Positions 46,262 to 58,815 of a stretch of 64,000 nt of DNA are shown here, piece by piece; position 1 is the stretch's first letter; each line of letters begins with the position of its first letter. The notes under the pieces were generated by a model, which was not told the origin of the DNA, ran no database searches, and was given only the letters and a program-made list of their open reading frames with translations. The DNA comes from the human T2T-CHM13v2.0 reference genome, Homo sapiens. The stretch lies in NCBI RefSeq assembly GCF_009914755.1, contig NC_060929.1, one strand, 5' to 3'. A program made the position numbers and the translations under genes.

Positions 46262-47652
46262 GCTACAGTAACCAAAACAGCATGGTACTGTGACCAAAAC
46301 AGAGATATAGACCAACGGAACAGAACAAAGGCCTCAGAAATAATACCACACATCTACAACCATGAGATCTTTGACAAACCTGACAAAACAAGAAATGGGG
46401 AAAGGATTCCCTATTTAATAAACAACGGTGTTGGGAAAACTGGCTAGCCATATGTAGAAAGCTGAAACTGAATCTGTTCCTTACACCTTATACAAAAATT
46501 AGTGCAGGATGGATTAAAGACTTAAATGTTAGACCTAAAGCCATAAAAGCCCTAGAAGAAAACCTAGGCAATACCATTCAGGACATAGGCATGGGCAAGG
46601 ACTTCATATCTAAAACACCAAAAGCAACAGCAACAAAAGCCAAAATTGACAAATGGGATCTCATTAAACGAAGGATCTTCTGCACAGCAAAAGAAACTAC
46701 CATCAGAGTGAACAGGCAACCTACAGAATGCAAGAAAATCTTTTCAGTCTACTCATCTGACAAAAGGCTAATATCCAGAATCTACAAAGAATTCAAACAA
46801 ATTTACAAGAAAAAGACAAACAACCCCATCAAAAACTGGGTGAAGGATATGAACAGACACTATTTATGCAGCAAACAGACACATGAAAAAATGCTCATCA
46901 TCACTGGCCATCAGAGAAATGAAAATCCAAACCTCAAAGAGATACCATCTGACACCAGTTAGAATGACAATTATTAAAAAGTCAGGAAATAACAGGTGCT
47001 GGAGAGGATGTGGAGAAATAGGAACACTTTTACACTGTTGGTGGGACTGTAAACTAGTTCAACCATTGTGGAAGACAGTGTGGCGATTCCTCAGGGATCT
47101 AGAACTAGAAATACCATTTGACTCAGCCATCCCATTACTGGGTATATACCCAAAGGATTATTAATTATGCTGCTATGAAGACACATGCACACATATGTTT
47201 ATAGTGACACTATTCGCAACAGCAAAGACTTGGAACCAACCCAAATGTCCCTCAATGATAGACTGGATTAAGAAAATGTGGCACATATACACCATGGAAT
47301 ACTATGCAGCCATAAAAAAGGATGAGTTTATGTCCTTTATAGGGACATGGATGAAGCTGGTAACCATCATTCTCAGGAAATATTATCACAAGAACAAAAA
47401 ACCAAGCACTGCATGTTCTCACTCATAGCTGGGAATTGAACAATGAAAACACTTGGACACAGGAAGGGGAAAAACACATGCTGGGTCCTGTCATGAGGTG
47501 GGGGAAGGGGGGAGGAAAACCATTAGGAGATATACCTGATGTAAATGATGAGTTAGTTGGTGCAGCACACCAACATGGTAAATGTATACACAAGTAACAA
47601 ACCTGCATGTTGTGCACATGTACCTTAGAATGTAAAGCATAACAAAGAAAAT
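46262..47652 (+). mobile_element. LINE-1 copy f, 5'-truncated (~1.4 kb), L1PA5-like, no TSD, at a satellite orientation switch
   Basis: Starts GCTACAGTAACCAAAACAGCATGG after a 7-nt filler. ORF2 C-terminal pieces ([19 protein letters not shown]), 3'UTR with GATGTAAATGA and CTTAGAA, and an A-rich tail. Confidence 0.94.
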
Positions 47653-50600
47653 AAAGAAAAGTTTAACTCAGTGAGATGAATGCACACATCACGACAGGGT
47701 TTCTCACATAGCTTCCCTCTAGTTTCTTGTTTTGCAGATAGCTTCCTTCTAGTTTTTATCCTGGGATATTTCTTTTTTGCCATAGGTCTCAATGAGTTCC
47801 AAAATGTCCATTCACAGAAAGGACAAAAACAGTGTTTCCAAACTGCTGACTCAAAAGAACGATTTAACTCTATGAGATGAATGTAAATATCCCAAAGCAC
47901 TTTCTCAGAAACATTCTTTCTAGTTTATATCAGAAGATATTTCCTCTTTACCTTAGGCTGCAATGGGCTCCAAATAATCCCTTCACAGATTCTACCAAAA
48001 CACTGTTTAAAACTGCTGAATAAAAAGACAAGTTTATCTCTAGGATATGAACGCACACATCACAAAGGAGTTTCTCAGATGGCTTCCTTCCAGTTTTTAT
48101 CCTGGGAAATTCACTTTTCCGCCATTGGCCTCAATGAGTTCCAAATGTCCATTTGCAGAATGGACATAAACAGTGTTTGCAAACTGCTGAATGCATAGAA
48201 ATGTTCAACTCTTTTAGATGAATGCACACATCACAAGGCAGTTTCTCAGAAAGATTCTTTCTAGTTTTTATCTGACAATATTTGGTTTTTCCCCATAGGT
48301 CTCAAAGCGCTCCCAAATATTCCTTTGGAGATTCTACCAAAACAGTTTTTCCAAACTGCTGAATGATAAGAAAGTTTTACTTCTGCAAGATGAATGCACA
48401 CATCACAGTGCAGTTTCTCACATAGCTTCCTTGTAGTTATTGCCCTGGGATATTTCCTTTTTCTCCTCTTGGGTCAATGAGCTCCCAAATGTCCATTTGC
48501 AGATTGGACAAAAACAGTGATTCCAAACTGCTCAATCAAAAGAAAGGTTTATCTGTGTCAGAAGAATGAACACATCACAAAGCAATCACTCAGAAAGCTT
48601 CTTTCTAGTTTTTATTTGAAGATTTTTCATGTTTCACCATAGGCCTCAAAGCACTCCCAAATACCCCTTCACAGATCCTACCAAAACAGTGTTTCCAAAC
48701 TGCTGAATGAAAACAAAAATCAACTCTGCTAGATGAATGCACACATCACAAAGCAGTTTCTCAGATAGTTTCCTTTTTGTTTCTATCTTACAATACCCAT
48801 TTTTCACCATTGGCCTCAATGACCTCCCAAATGTCCATTCGCACAATGGACAAAAACATTGTTCCAAACTGCTGAATGCAAAGAAAAGTTTAACTATGTG
48901 AGAGGAATGCACACAACAGAAAGCAGTTTGTCAGAAATCTTTCAATGTATTTTTGGAAGTTATTTACTTTTTCACCACAGACCTCAATGTGCTCCTAAAT
49001 ATCCCTTTGCAGACTCTATGGAAACAGGGTTTTCAAACTGCTGAATTAAAAGAGAGATTTAACTCTAGGAAGTGAATGCACACATCACAAAGCAGTTTCT
49101 CAGATAGCTTGCATCTAGTATTTATCCTGGGATATTAGCTTTTTCATCATTGCCCCCTTGCAGAATGGACAAAAACAGTGTTTCAAACAGCTGAATAGAA
49201 AAAAAGGTTTAGTTCTGTGGGATGAATTCAATACATCACAAACCAGTTTCTCAGAAAGCTTCGTTCTTTTATTTGTTTGAAGATATTTCCTTTTTCACCG
49301 TAGGCCTCAATGAGCTCCCAAATATCCCTTCACAGATTCTACCAAAACAGTGTTTCCGAACTCCGGAATGAAAAGAAATTTTAACTCTGCAAGGTGAATG
49401 CACAAATCACACATGGTTTCTGAGATGGCTTCCTCCTAGATTTTAACCTTGGATATTTGCTTTTTTGTCATTGACCTCAATGAGCTCCAAAATGTCCTTT
49501 CACAGAATGGACAAAAACAGTGTTTCCAAACTGCTTAATCCAAAGAAAGTTTTAACTCTGGGAGAGGAATGCACAAATCACAAAGCAGTTTCTGAGACAG
49601 CTTCTTTCTACTTTTTATGTGAAGATATTTCTTTTTTCACTATAGGCCAAAATGTGCCCCCAAATATCCCTTTGCAGTTTGTACCATAATTGTTTCCCAA
49701 ACTTTTGAATGAAAAGAAATGTTTAACTTTAGGAGATGAATCCACACATCAAAAAGCAGTCTCTCAGATAGATTCCCTCTAGTTTTTATTGTGGGATATT
49801 TGCTTTTACACCTTGGGCCTCAGTGAGCTCCCTCATGTTCATTCTCAGAATGGACAAAGATAGTGTTTCCAAAACACTGAATCCAAAGAAAAGTTTAACT
49901 CTGTGAGCTGAGTGTACACATCACAAAGCAATTTATCAGAAAGGTTCTTTGTAGTTTTTATCAGAAGATAGTTACTTTTTCCCCATAGGCCTCAATGCAC
50001 TCTTAAATATCCCTTCACAGGTTCTACCAAAACAGGGCTTCAAACTGCTGAATGAAAAGAAACACTAAATTCTACATGATGAATGCACACATCAAAAAGC
50101 AGTATCTCAGATAGCTTCCTTATAGTATTTATGCTGGAATATTCTGTTTTTCAACCTTGGCCCAAAAGAGTTCCCAAATTTCCATTTGCAGAATGTAGAA
50201 AAATTGTGTTTCTAAACTGGTGAAACTGGTGTTTCCAGAGAAATGTTTAACTCTCTGAGATGAATGCACATATCTCAAGCCGGTTTCTCAGAAACCTTCT
50301 TTCTTTCTTTTATCAGAAGATACTTAGTTTTTCACAATAGGCCTCAATGCACTCACAAATATCCCTACACACATTCTATGAACACAGTGTTTCCAAACTG
50401 TTGAAAGAAAAGAAAGGTTTTACTCTGTCATACGAATGTATACATCACAAAACACTTCCTCAGATAGTTTCCTTCTAGTCCTTATCGTAGGATATTCTCT
50501 TTTTTGACCTTGGCTGCAATGAGTTCCCAAGCGTCCATTCACAAAATGGACAAAAACAGTGTTTCCAAACTGCAGAATCCAAAGAAAAGTTTAACTCTGT

Positions 50601-53600
50601 GAGATGAATTGACACATCACAAAACAATTTCTCAGAAACTTCTTTCTAGTTTTTATCTGAAGGTATTGCATTCTTCACTATATGCCTCAATACACTCCCA
50701 AATATCGCTTCAAAGATTCTACCAAATATATGTTTCCAAACTGCTGAAGGAAAAGAAATGTTTAACTGCAAGATCAATGCACACATCAGAAAGAAGTTTC
50801 TCAGATAGCTTCCTTCTAGTTCTTATCCTGGGATAGTCTCTTTTTTGCCCTTGGCCTCAATGACCTCCCAAATACCCATTGGCAGAATAAAAAAAAATAC
50901 AGAGTTTCCAAACTGCTGAATCCAAAGAAATGTTTAACTCTGTGAGATGAATGCACATATCTCAAACTAGTTTCTCAAAATCTTTCTAGTTTTTATCTGA
51001 AGCTATTTCATCGTTCAGCATAGGCCTCTAGGCACTCCAAAATGTTCTTTCTCAGATTCTGCCAAAGAGTCTTTCCAAACTACTGAATGAAAAAAAAGGT
51101 TTAACTCTGTTTGATGAATACACCCATCACAAAGCTGATTCTCAGATAGATTTCTTCTAGTTTTATCCTGGGATATTCCCTTTTTTGCAATTGGCCTCAA
51201 TGAGCTCTGAAATGTCCATTCACAGAATGGACAATAACAGTGTTTTCAAACTGCTAAATAAAAACAAACGTTTAAATCTGTGAGTTGAAAGCACACATCA
51301 CAAAGTGGTTTCTCAGAAAGCTGCTTTCCAGTTTTTATCTGAATATATTTCCCTTTTCACCAGAGGCCTCAATGTGCCTTAAAATATCCCTTCACAGATT
51401 GTACCAAAACAGTTTTTCCAAACTGCTGAATGAAAAGAAAGGTTTAATTTTCAGAGATGTATGCACCCACAACAAAGTGGTTTCTCAGATAGCTTCCTTC
51501 TAGTTTTTATGCTGGGATATTTGCTTTTTCACCTTTGGCCTCAATGAGTTCTCAAATGCCCATCCACAAAATGCACAAAAACCGAGTTTCCAAAGCACTG
51601 AATCCACAGAAATATTTAACTGCATGAGGGGAATGCACACATCACAAAGCAGCTCTCAGGAAGCTTCTCTGTATTTTTTATTTGAATATATTTCCTTTTT
51701 CACCATTGGCCTCAATGGGCTCCCAAATATCCCTTTGCAGATTCTAACAAAACAGTGTTTCCAAACTGCTGAATGAAAAAGAAAAGGTTTAACTCTAGGA
51801 GGTGAATGCACACATCAAAAAGTGGTTTCTCAGATTGCTTGCTACTAGTTTTTAACCTGGTATACTCATGTTTTCAACATTGGCCTCAATGAGTTCCCAA
51901 ATGTCCATTCACAGAAGGGAAAAACCAGTGTTTCCAACCTGCTGAATCCAAATAAAGTTTTAACTCTCTGAGATGAAGGTATATATGACAAACCTGTTTC
52001 TCAGAAAGCTTCTTTCTTTTTTTATCTGAATATATTTCCTTTTTCACAGTAGGCCTCAGTGTGCTCCCAAATATCCCTTAGCAGATTCTACCAAAACAGT
52101 GTTTCTAAACTGCTGAATAAAAAAAAAAAGTTTAACTCTAGGAGGTGAATGAACACATCACAAAGTGGTTTCTCAGATTGCTTGCTTCTAGTTTTTATCC
52201 TGGGATATTCATGTTTTCACCTTTGGCCTCAATGAGTTTCCAAATATCCACTGATGGAAGGGACAAAAACAGTGTTTCCAAACTGCTGAATCAAAAGAAA
52301 GGTCTAACTCTGTGAGATGAATGCATATATGACAAACCTGTTTCTCAGAAAGCTCCTTTCTTTTTTTTACCTGAATATGTTTCCTTTTTCACAATAGGCC
52401 TCAATGTGCTCCCAAATATCCCTTCTCAGATTCTACCAAAACAGTGGTACAAAACAGGTTACTGAAAAGCAAGTTTTTATTTTGTGAGATAAATGCACCC
52501 ATCACAAAGCACTTTCTCAGATACTTTCTTTCTAGGTATTACCCTGGGATATCCTTTTTTTTTTTTGTCATTGGCCTCAATGAGTTCCCAAATGTCCATT
52601 TACAGATGGATAAAAATTGTTTCTAAATTCCCGAATCCAAAGAAAGTTTTAACTCTGTGATATGAATGCACACATCACAGGGCAGTTTCTCAGGAAGTTT
52701 CTTTCTGGTTTTTATCAGAACATATTTCATTTTTCACCATTGCCCTCAATGTGCTCCTAGACATCTCTTTGCAGATTCTACCAAAACAGTGTTTCCAAAC
52801 TGCCAAATGAAAAGAAAGGTTTAACAGTGAGATGAATGCACACATCACAAAGAGGATTCTCAGATAATATCTTTGTAGATTTTATGCTGGGATATTCCCT
52901 TTTTCACATCTTGGGTCAAGGAGCTCCCTAATGTCCATTCGCAGAATGGACAAAAAGAATGTTTCCAAACTGTTGAATCCAAAGAAATGTTTATTTCTGT
53001 GACAAGAATGCACACATCATAAGGCCATTTTATAGAAATCTTCTTTCTAGTTTTTGTCTGGAGATATTTCCTTTTTCACCATAGGACTCAATGTGTTCCC
53101 AAATATCCCTTTGCAGATACTACTAAAACAGTGTTTCCAAATTCCTGAATGGAAAGAAATTTTAACACTGTGAGATGAATGCACACAACACACATGGTTT
53201 TTCAGATACATTCCTTCTAGTTTTTATCCTTGGATAATCACTTTTTTGTCATTGACCTTAAAGAGCTCCCAAATGTCCATTCACAGAATGGTCAAAAAAA
53301 GTGTTTCCAAACTGCTGAATACAAAAAATATTTAACTCTGTGAGGTGAATGCACACATCACAAAGAAAATTCTCAGAAAGTTTCTTTCTACTATTTATCT
53401 GGTGATATTTCCTATTTCATCATAGGCTTCAATGGCTCAAGAATTTCCCTTTGCAGATACAGTAAAAACAGTGATTCCAAATTGCAGAATGAAAAGAAAT
53501 GTTTATCTCTGTGAGATGAATTCACCTATGACAAAGCGCTTTCTCAGACAGCTTCCTTCTAGTTTTTATCCTGGGATATTCGGTTTTTCACCCTAAGCCT

Positions 53601-56600
53601 CAGTGAGCTCTCAAAAGTCCTCTCACAGAATAGAGAAGAAGAGTGTTTCCACACCGATGAATCAAAGAAAGTTTAACTCTGTGAGATGAATGCACACATC
53701 ACAAAGCAGTTTCTCAGAAACCTTTTATCTAGTTTTATCTGAAGATATTTGGTTTTTCACCATAGGCCTCAATGTGCTTCCAAATATCCCTTCACAGATT
53801 TTACCAAAACAGTGTTTCCAAACTGCTGAACAAAAAGAAATGTTTTACTCTGTGAGATGAATGCACACATGAATAAGCCGTTTCTCAAATAGCTTCCTTC
53901 TAGTTTTTATCATGGGATATTCCCTTTTTCTCCGTTGGCCTCAATGAGCTCCAAAATGTCCATTCGCAGAATGGACAAAAACAGTGTTTCCAAACTGCTG
54001 AATCCAAAGAAACGTTTCTCTCTGTGAGATGAATGAACATATCACAGAGCATTTTCCCAGAAAGCTTCTTTCTAGTTTTTATCTGAAGATATTTCCTATC
54101 TCATCAAAGGCCTCAATGCACTCCCAAATATCCCTTGACAGATACTGCAAGAACAGTGATTCCAAACTGCTGTAGGAAAAGAAATCTTTAATTCTAGGAG
54201 ACGAATGCACACATCAAAAATCGGTTTCTCTGATAGCTTCCTTCTAGCTTATATCCTGAGATTTTCTCTTTTTTGCCATGGGCCTCAATGAGTTCCCAAA
54301 TGTGCATTCACAGAATGGACAAAATATGTGTTTCTAAACTGCAGCATCCAAAGAAATGTTTAACTCTGTGAGATGAATGCACACATTACAAATTTGTTTC
54401 ACAGAAGGCTTCTTTCTAGTTTTTATCCAAAGTTATGTCCTATTTCAGTAAAGTCCTTCAAAGCACTCCAAAATTGCCCTTCACAAATGCTGAAAAAAAG
54501 TGATTTCAAACTACTGAATGAAAAGAAAGTTTTATCTCTGTGGGATGAATGCACACATCAGAAAGCAGTTTCTCAGATAAATTCCTTGTAGTTTTTACCC
54601 TGGGATATTCCCTTTTTCGTGATTGGCCTCAGTGATACCTAATGTCCATTCACAGAATGGATAAAAACGTTTCCAACTCCTGAATCCAAAGAAAGTTTTA
54701 ACTCTGTGAGATGAATTCACACACCACAAAGCAGTTTCTCGGAAAATTTCTTTCATGTTTATCTGAATATATTTCCTTTCTCAACCTAGGCCTCAATGTG
54801 CTTCCAAATGTCCGTTTGCAGATTCTTCCAAAACAGTGTTTGCAAACTGCTGAATGAAAGGAAAACTTTAATTCTAGGACATGAATGCACACATCACAAT
54901 GCAGTTTCTCAAATACCTTCCTTCCAGCTTTTATCCTGGGATATTCAATTTTTTGACTTTGGCCTCGATGAGTTCCCAAGGGTTCATTCGCAGAATGGAC
55001 AAAAAAGTGTTTGCAAACTGCTGATTCCAAAGAATGGTGTACCTCTGTTATATGAATACACACACCACAAAGCGGTTTCTCAGAAACCTTCTTTCTAGTT
55101 TTTATTTGAAGATATTTCCTTTTTCATCAAATGCCTCACTGGGCTCCCAAATATCCCTTCGCAGATTCTACCAACATGGGGTTCCCAAACTGCTGAATGA
55201 AAAAAAATGTTTAAGTCTGCGAGATGAATGCATCCATACAAAGTGGTTTCTCAAATAGCTTCCTTCTGGTTTTGATCCTGGGATACTGCCTTTTTTGCCA
55301 TTGGACTCCATGAGCTCCCAAATGTCCATTCACAGAATGCACAAAAACAGTGTTCCCAAACTGCTGAATCCAAAGAAATGCTTAACACATTGAGAAGAAT
55401 GCACACCTCACAAAGCAGTTTCTCACAAAACTTCTTCCTAGGTTTTATCTGTATACATTTCTTTTCACCAAAGACCTCAATGTGCTCCCAAATATCCCTT
55501 CACAGATTGTAACAAAACAGTGTTTCCAAACTGCTGAGTGAAAAGAAAGCATTAACTCTGGGAGATGAATACACACCACAAAAAGTGGCTTCTCAGATAG
55601 ATTCCTTCTTGTTTTTATCCCAGGATATTCTCTTTTTCAGCCTTGGTCTCAATGAGTTCCCAAACATCAATTCACAGAATGTACAAAAACAGTGTTTCCA
55701 AACTGCAGAATCCAAACTAATTTTGATCTCTGTGAAATGAATGCATACATCATAAATCAGTTTCTCAGAAAGCTTCTTTCTAGTTTTTATCTGAAGATAT
55801 TTCCTTTTTCACCGTAAGCCTCAATGCACTCCCAAATATCCCTTTGCAGATATTGCAAAAACAGTGTTTCTAAACTGTTGAATGAAATGAAACGTTTACC
55901 TCTAGGAGACGAGTGCACACATCACATTGCAGTTCCTCAGATAGATTCCTTCCAGTTTCTATCCTTGGTAATTTGCATTGTACCCAAATGTCCATTCACA
56001 AAATGGACAAAAACAGTGTTTCTAAACTGCTGATTCCAAAGAAACGGTTAATTCTGTGAAATGAATGCAGAAGTCACAACGCAGTTTCTCAGAATGATTC
56101 TTTCTAGATTTTTTCTGAGTATATTTCGTTTTTCACCATAGGCCCCAATGTGTTCCCAAATATCCGTTTGCTGATTCTACCAAAACAGTGTTTCCAAACT
56201 GCTGAATGTAAAGAAAGTTTTAATTCTGTGAGATGACTGCACACATCACCAAGCAGTTTCTCAGATAGCTTCCTTCAAGCTTTTATAATCTGATATTTGC
56301 TTTTTCACAATTGGCCTCAATGAGTTCCGAAAAGTCCATTAGCAGAATGGACAGAAACAATGTTTCCAAACCACTAAATCCAAAGAAAGTTTTAACTCTG
56401 TGAGATGTATGCACACATCACAAAGCAGTTTCTCAGAAAGCTTCTTTCTAATTTTATCTGAAGATATTTCATTTTTCACCATAGGCCTCAATGTGCTTTG
56501 AAATATCCCTTCGCAGATTCTACCAAAACAGTGTTTCCAAACTGCTCAATGAAAAAAAAAGGTTTAACAGTCACATGAATGCACACATCACAAAGCAGTT

Positions 56601-58815
56601 TGTCATGAAGCTTCCTTATAATTTTTATCCTAGGATATTCTCTTTTTCGCCATTGACTTCAATGAGCTCCTACATGTCCATTTGCAGAATGGACAAAAAC
56701 AGTGTTTCCAAACAACTGAATCCAAAGAAAAGTTTAACTCTTTGAGATGAATGCACACATCACAAAGCAGTTTCTCAGAAAGTTTATTTCTAGCTTTTAT
56801 TTGAAGAAATTTCCTATTTCATAAAAGGCCTTAATGCACTCCCAATTTACCTTTGAAGATACTCCAAAAACAATGATTACAAACCGCTGAATGAAAAGAA
56901 AGATTTATCTCTGTGAGATGAATGCAGACATCACAAAGCCTTTTCTCAGATAGGGTCCTTCTAGTTTTTGTCCTGTAATATTATCTTTTTCACCCTTTGC
57001 CTGAATGAGTTCCCAAAAGTCCATTCACAGAATTGACAAAAACAGTGTTTCCAAGCTGTTGAATCCAAAAAATGTTTAACTCTGTGAGATGAATGCACAT
57101 ATCACATAGCACTTTCTCAAAAAGCTTCGTTCTTTTTTAATCTTAAAATATTTCCTTTTTTGCGATAGGCCTCAATTCACTCAGAAAGATTCTTCCTAGT
57201 TTTTATCTGAAGATCTTTCCTTTTTCACCAAAGGCTTCAAAGTGTTGCCAAATATCCCTTCACAGATTCTAAAAAGACAGTGTTTCCAAACTGCTGAATG
57301 AAAAGTTTAACTCTAAGAGATGAATAAACACATCAGAAAGTTGTTTCTCACATAGGTTCCTTGTAGTGTTTATCCTGTGATATTCACTTTTTCACCATTG
57401 GCCCCATTGATCTCTGAAATATCCATTCTCAGAATGGACAAAAACAGTGTTTCCAAAATGCTGAATTCAAAGAAAAGTCTAACTATGTGAGATGAATTCA
57501 CTCATCACAAAGTGGTTTCTCATAAATATTCTTTCTAGTTTTTATCTGAACATATTTCCTTTTTCACCACAGGCCTCAATTCTCTCCTAAGTATACCTTC
57601 ACAGATTCTACCCATACAGTGTTTCCAAACTGCTGAATGAAAAGGAAGGTTTAACTTTAGGAGGTGAATGCACACATCACAAAGCAGTTCCTAAGGAAGC
57701 TTACTTCTACTTGTTAACCTGGAATATTCACTTTATCACCATTATCCTCAATGAGTTCCCAAATGTCCATTCACAGAATTGACAAAAACAGTGTTTCCAA
57801 ACAGATCAATAAAAGGAAAGGTTTAACTCTGTGAGACGAATGCAAACATTAAGAAGTATTTTCTCAGAAAGCTTCTTTCTAGTTTTTATCTGAAGATATT
57901 CATTTTTCACCATAGGCCTAAATGCCCTGCCAAATTTCCCTTTGCAGATTCCACCAAAACGGTGTTTCCAAACTGCTGAATGAAAAGAAAAATTTAACTC
58001 CACAAGAAGAATGCACACATCACAACACGGTTTCTCACATAGCTTCCTACTAGTTTTTTTCCTGGGATATTTTCTTTTCTGCCATTTGCCTCAATGAGCT
58101 CCCAAATGTCTATTTGCAGAATGGACAAATGTAGTGTTTCCAAACTGCTGAATCCAAATAAATTTTAACTCTGTGAGAAGAATGCACACAATACAAATCA
58201 GGTTCTCAGAAAGCTTCTTATAGTTTTATCTGAAGATATTTTCTATTTCATCAAATGCCTCAAAGCGCTCCCAAATATTCCTTCATGGATACTGCAAAAA
58301 AAGTGATTCCAAACTGCTGCATGAAAAGAAAGTTTTAATTCAAGCAGACGAATGCACACATCACAAAACATTTTATCAGACAGCTTCACTCTAGTATTTA
58401 TCCTGGGATATTTGCTTTTTCAACTTTGGCCACAATTACCTCCAAAATGTCCTTTCACAGAACGGACAAAAACAGTGTTTCCAATCTGCTGAATGCAAAG
58501 AAATGTTTAAGTCTGTGAGATGAATGCACACATCACAAAACAGTTTCTCAAATAGGTTCCCTCTAGTTTTTATCCTGGGATGTTCCTTTATTCTCCATTA
58601 ACCTCAATGAGCTCCCAAATGTCCATTTACAGCATGGACAAAATCAGTGTTTCCAGACTGTTGAATCCAAAGAAATGTTTCACTCTGTGAGATGAATGCA
58701 CATATCTCAAAGCAGTTTCTCAGAAAGCTTCTTTCTAGTTTTTATCTGAAGATATTTCATTATTCACCATAGGTCCCAAAGGCTAAGAAATATCCATTCG
58801 CAGATATTACCAAAA
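47653..58815 (-). repeat. Alpha satellite, block 3 (inverted, ~11.2 kb)
   Basis: Dimeric units in the orientation opposite to both neighbouring blocks. Confidence 0.97.
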
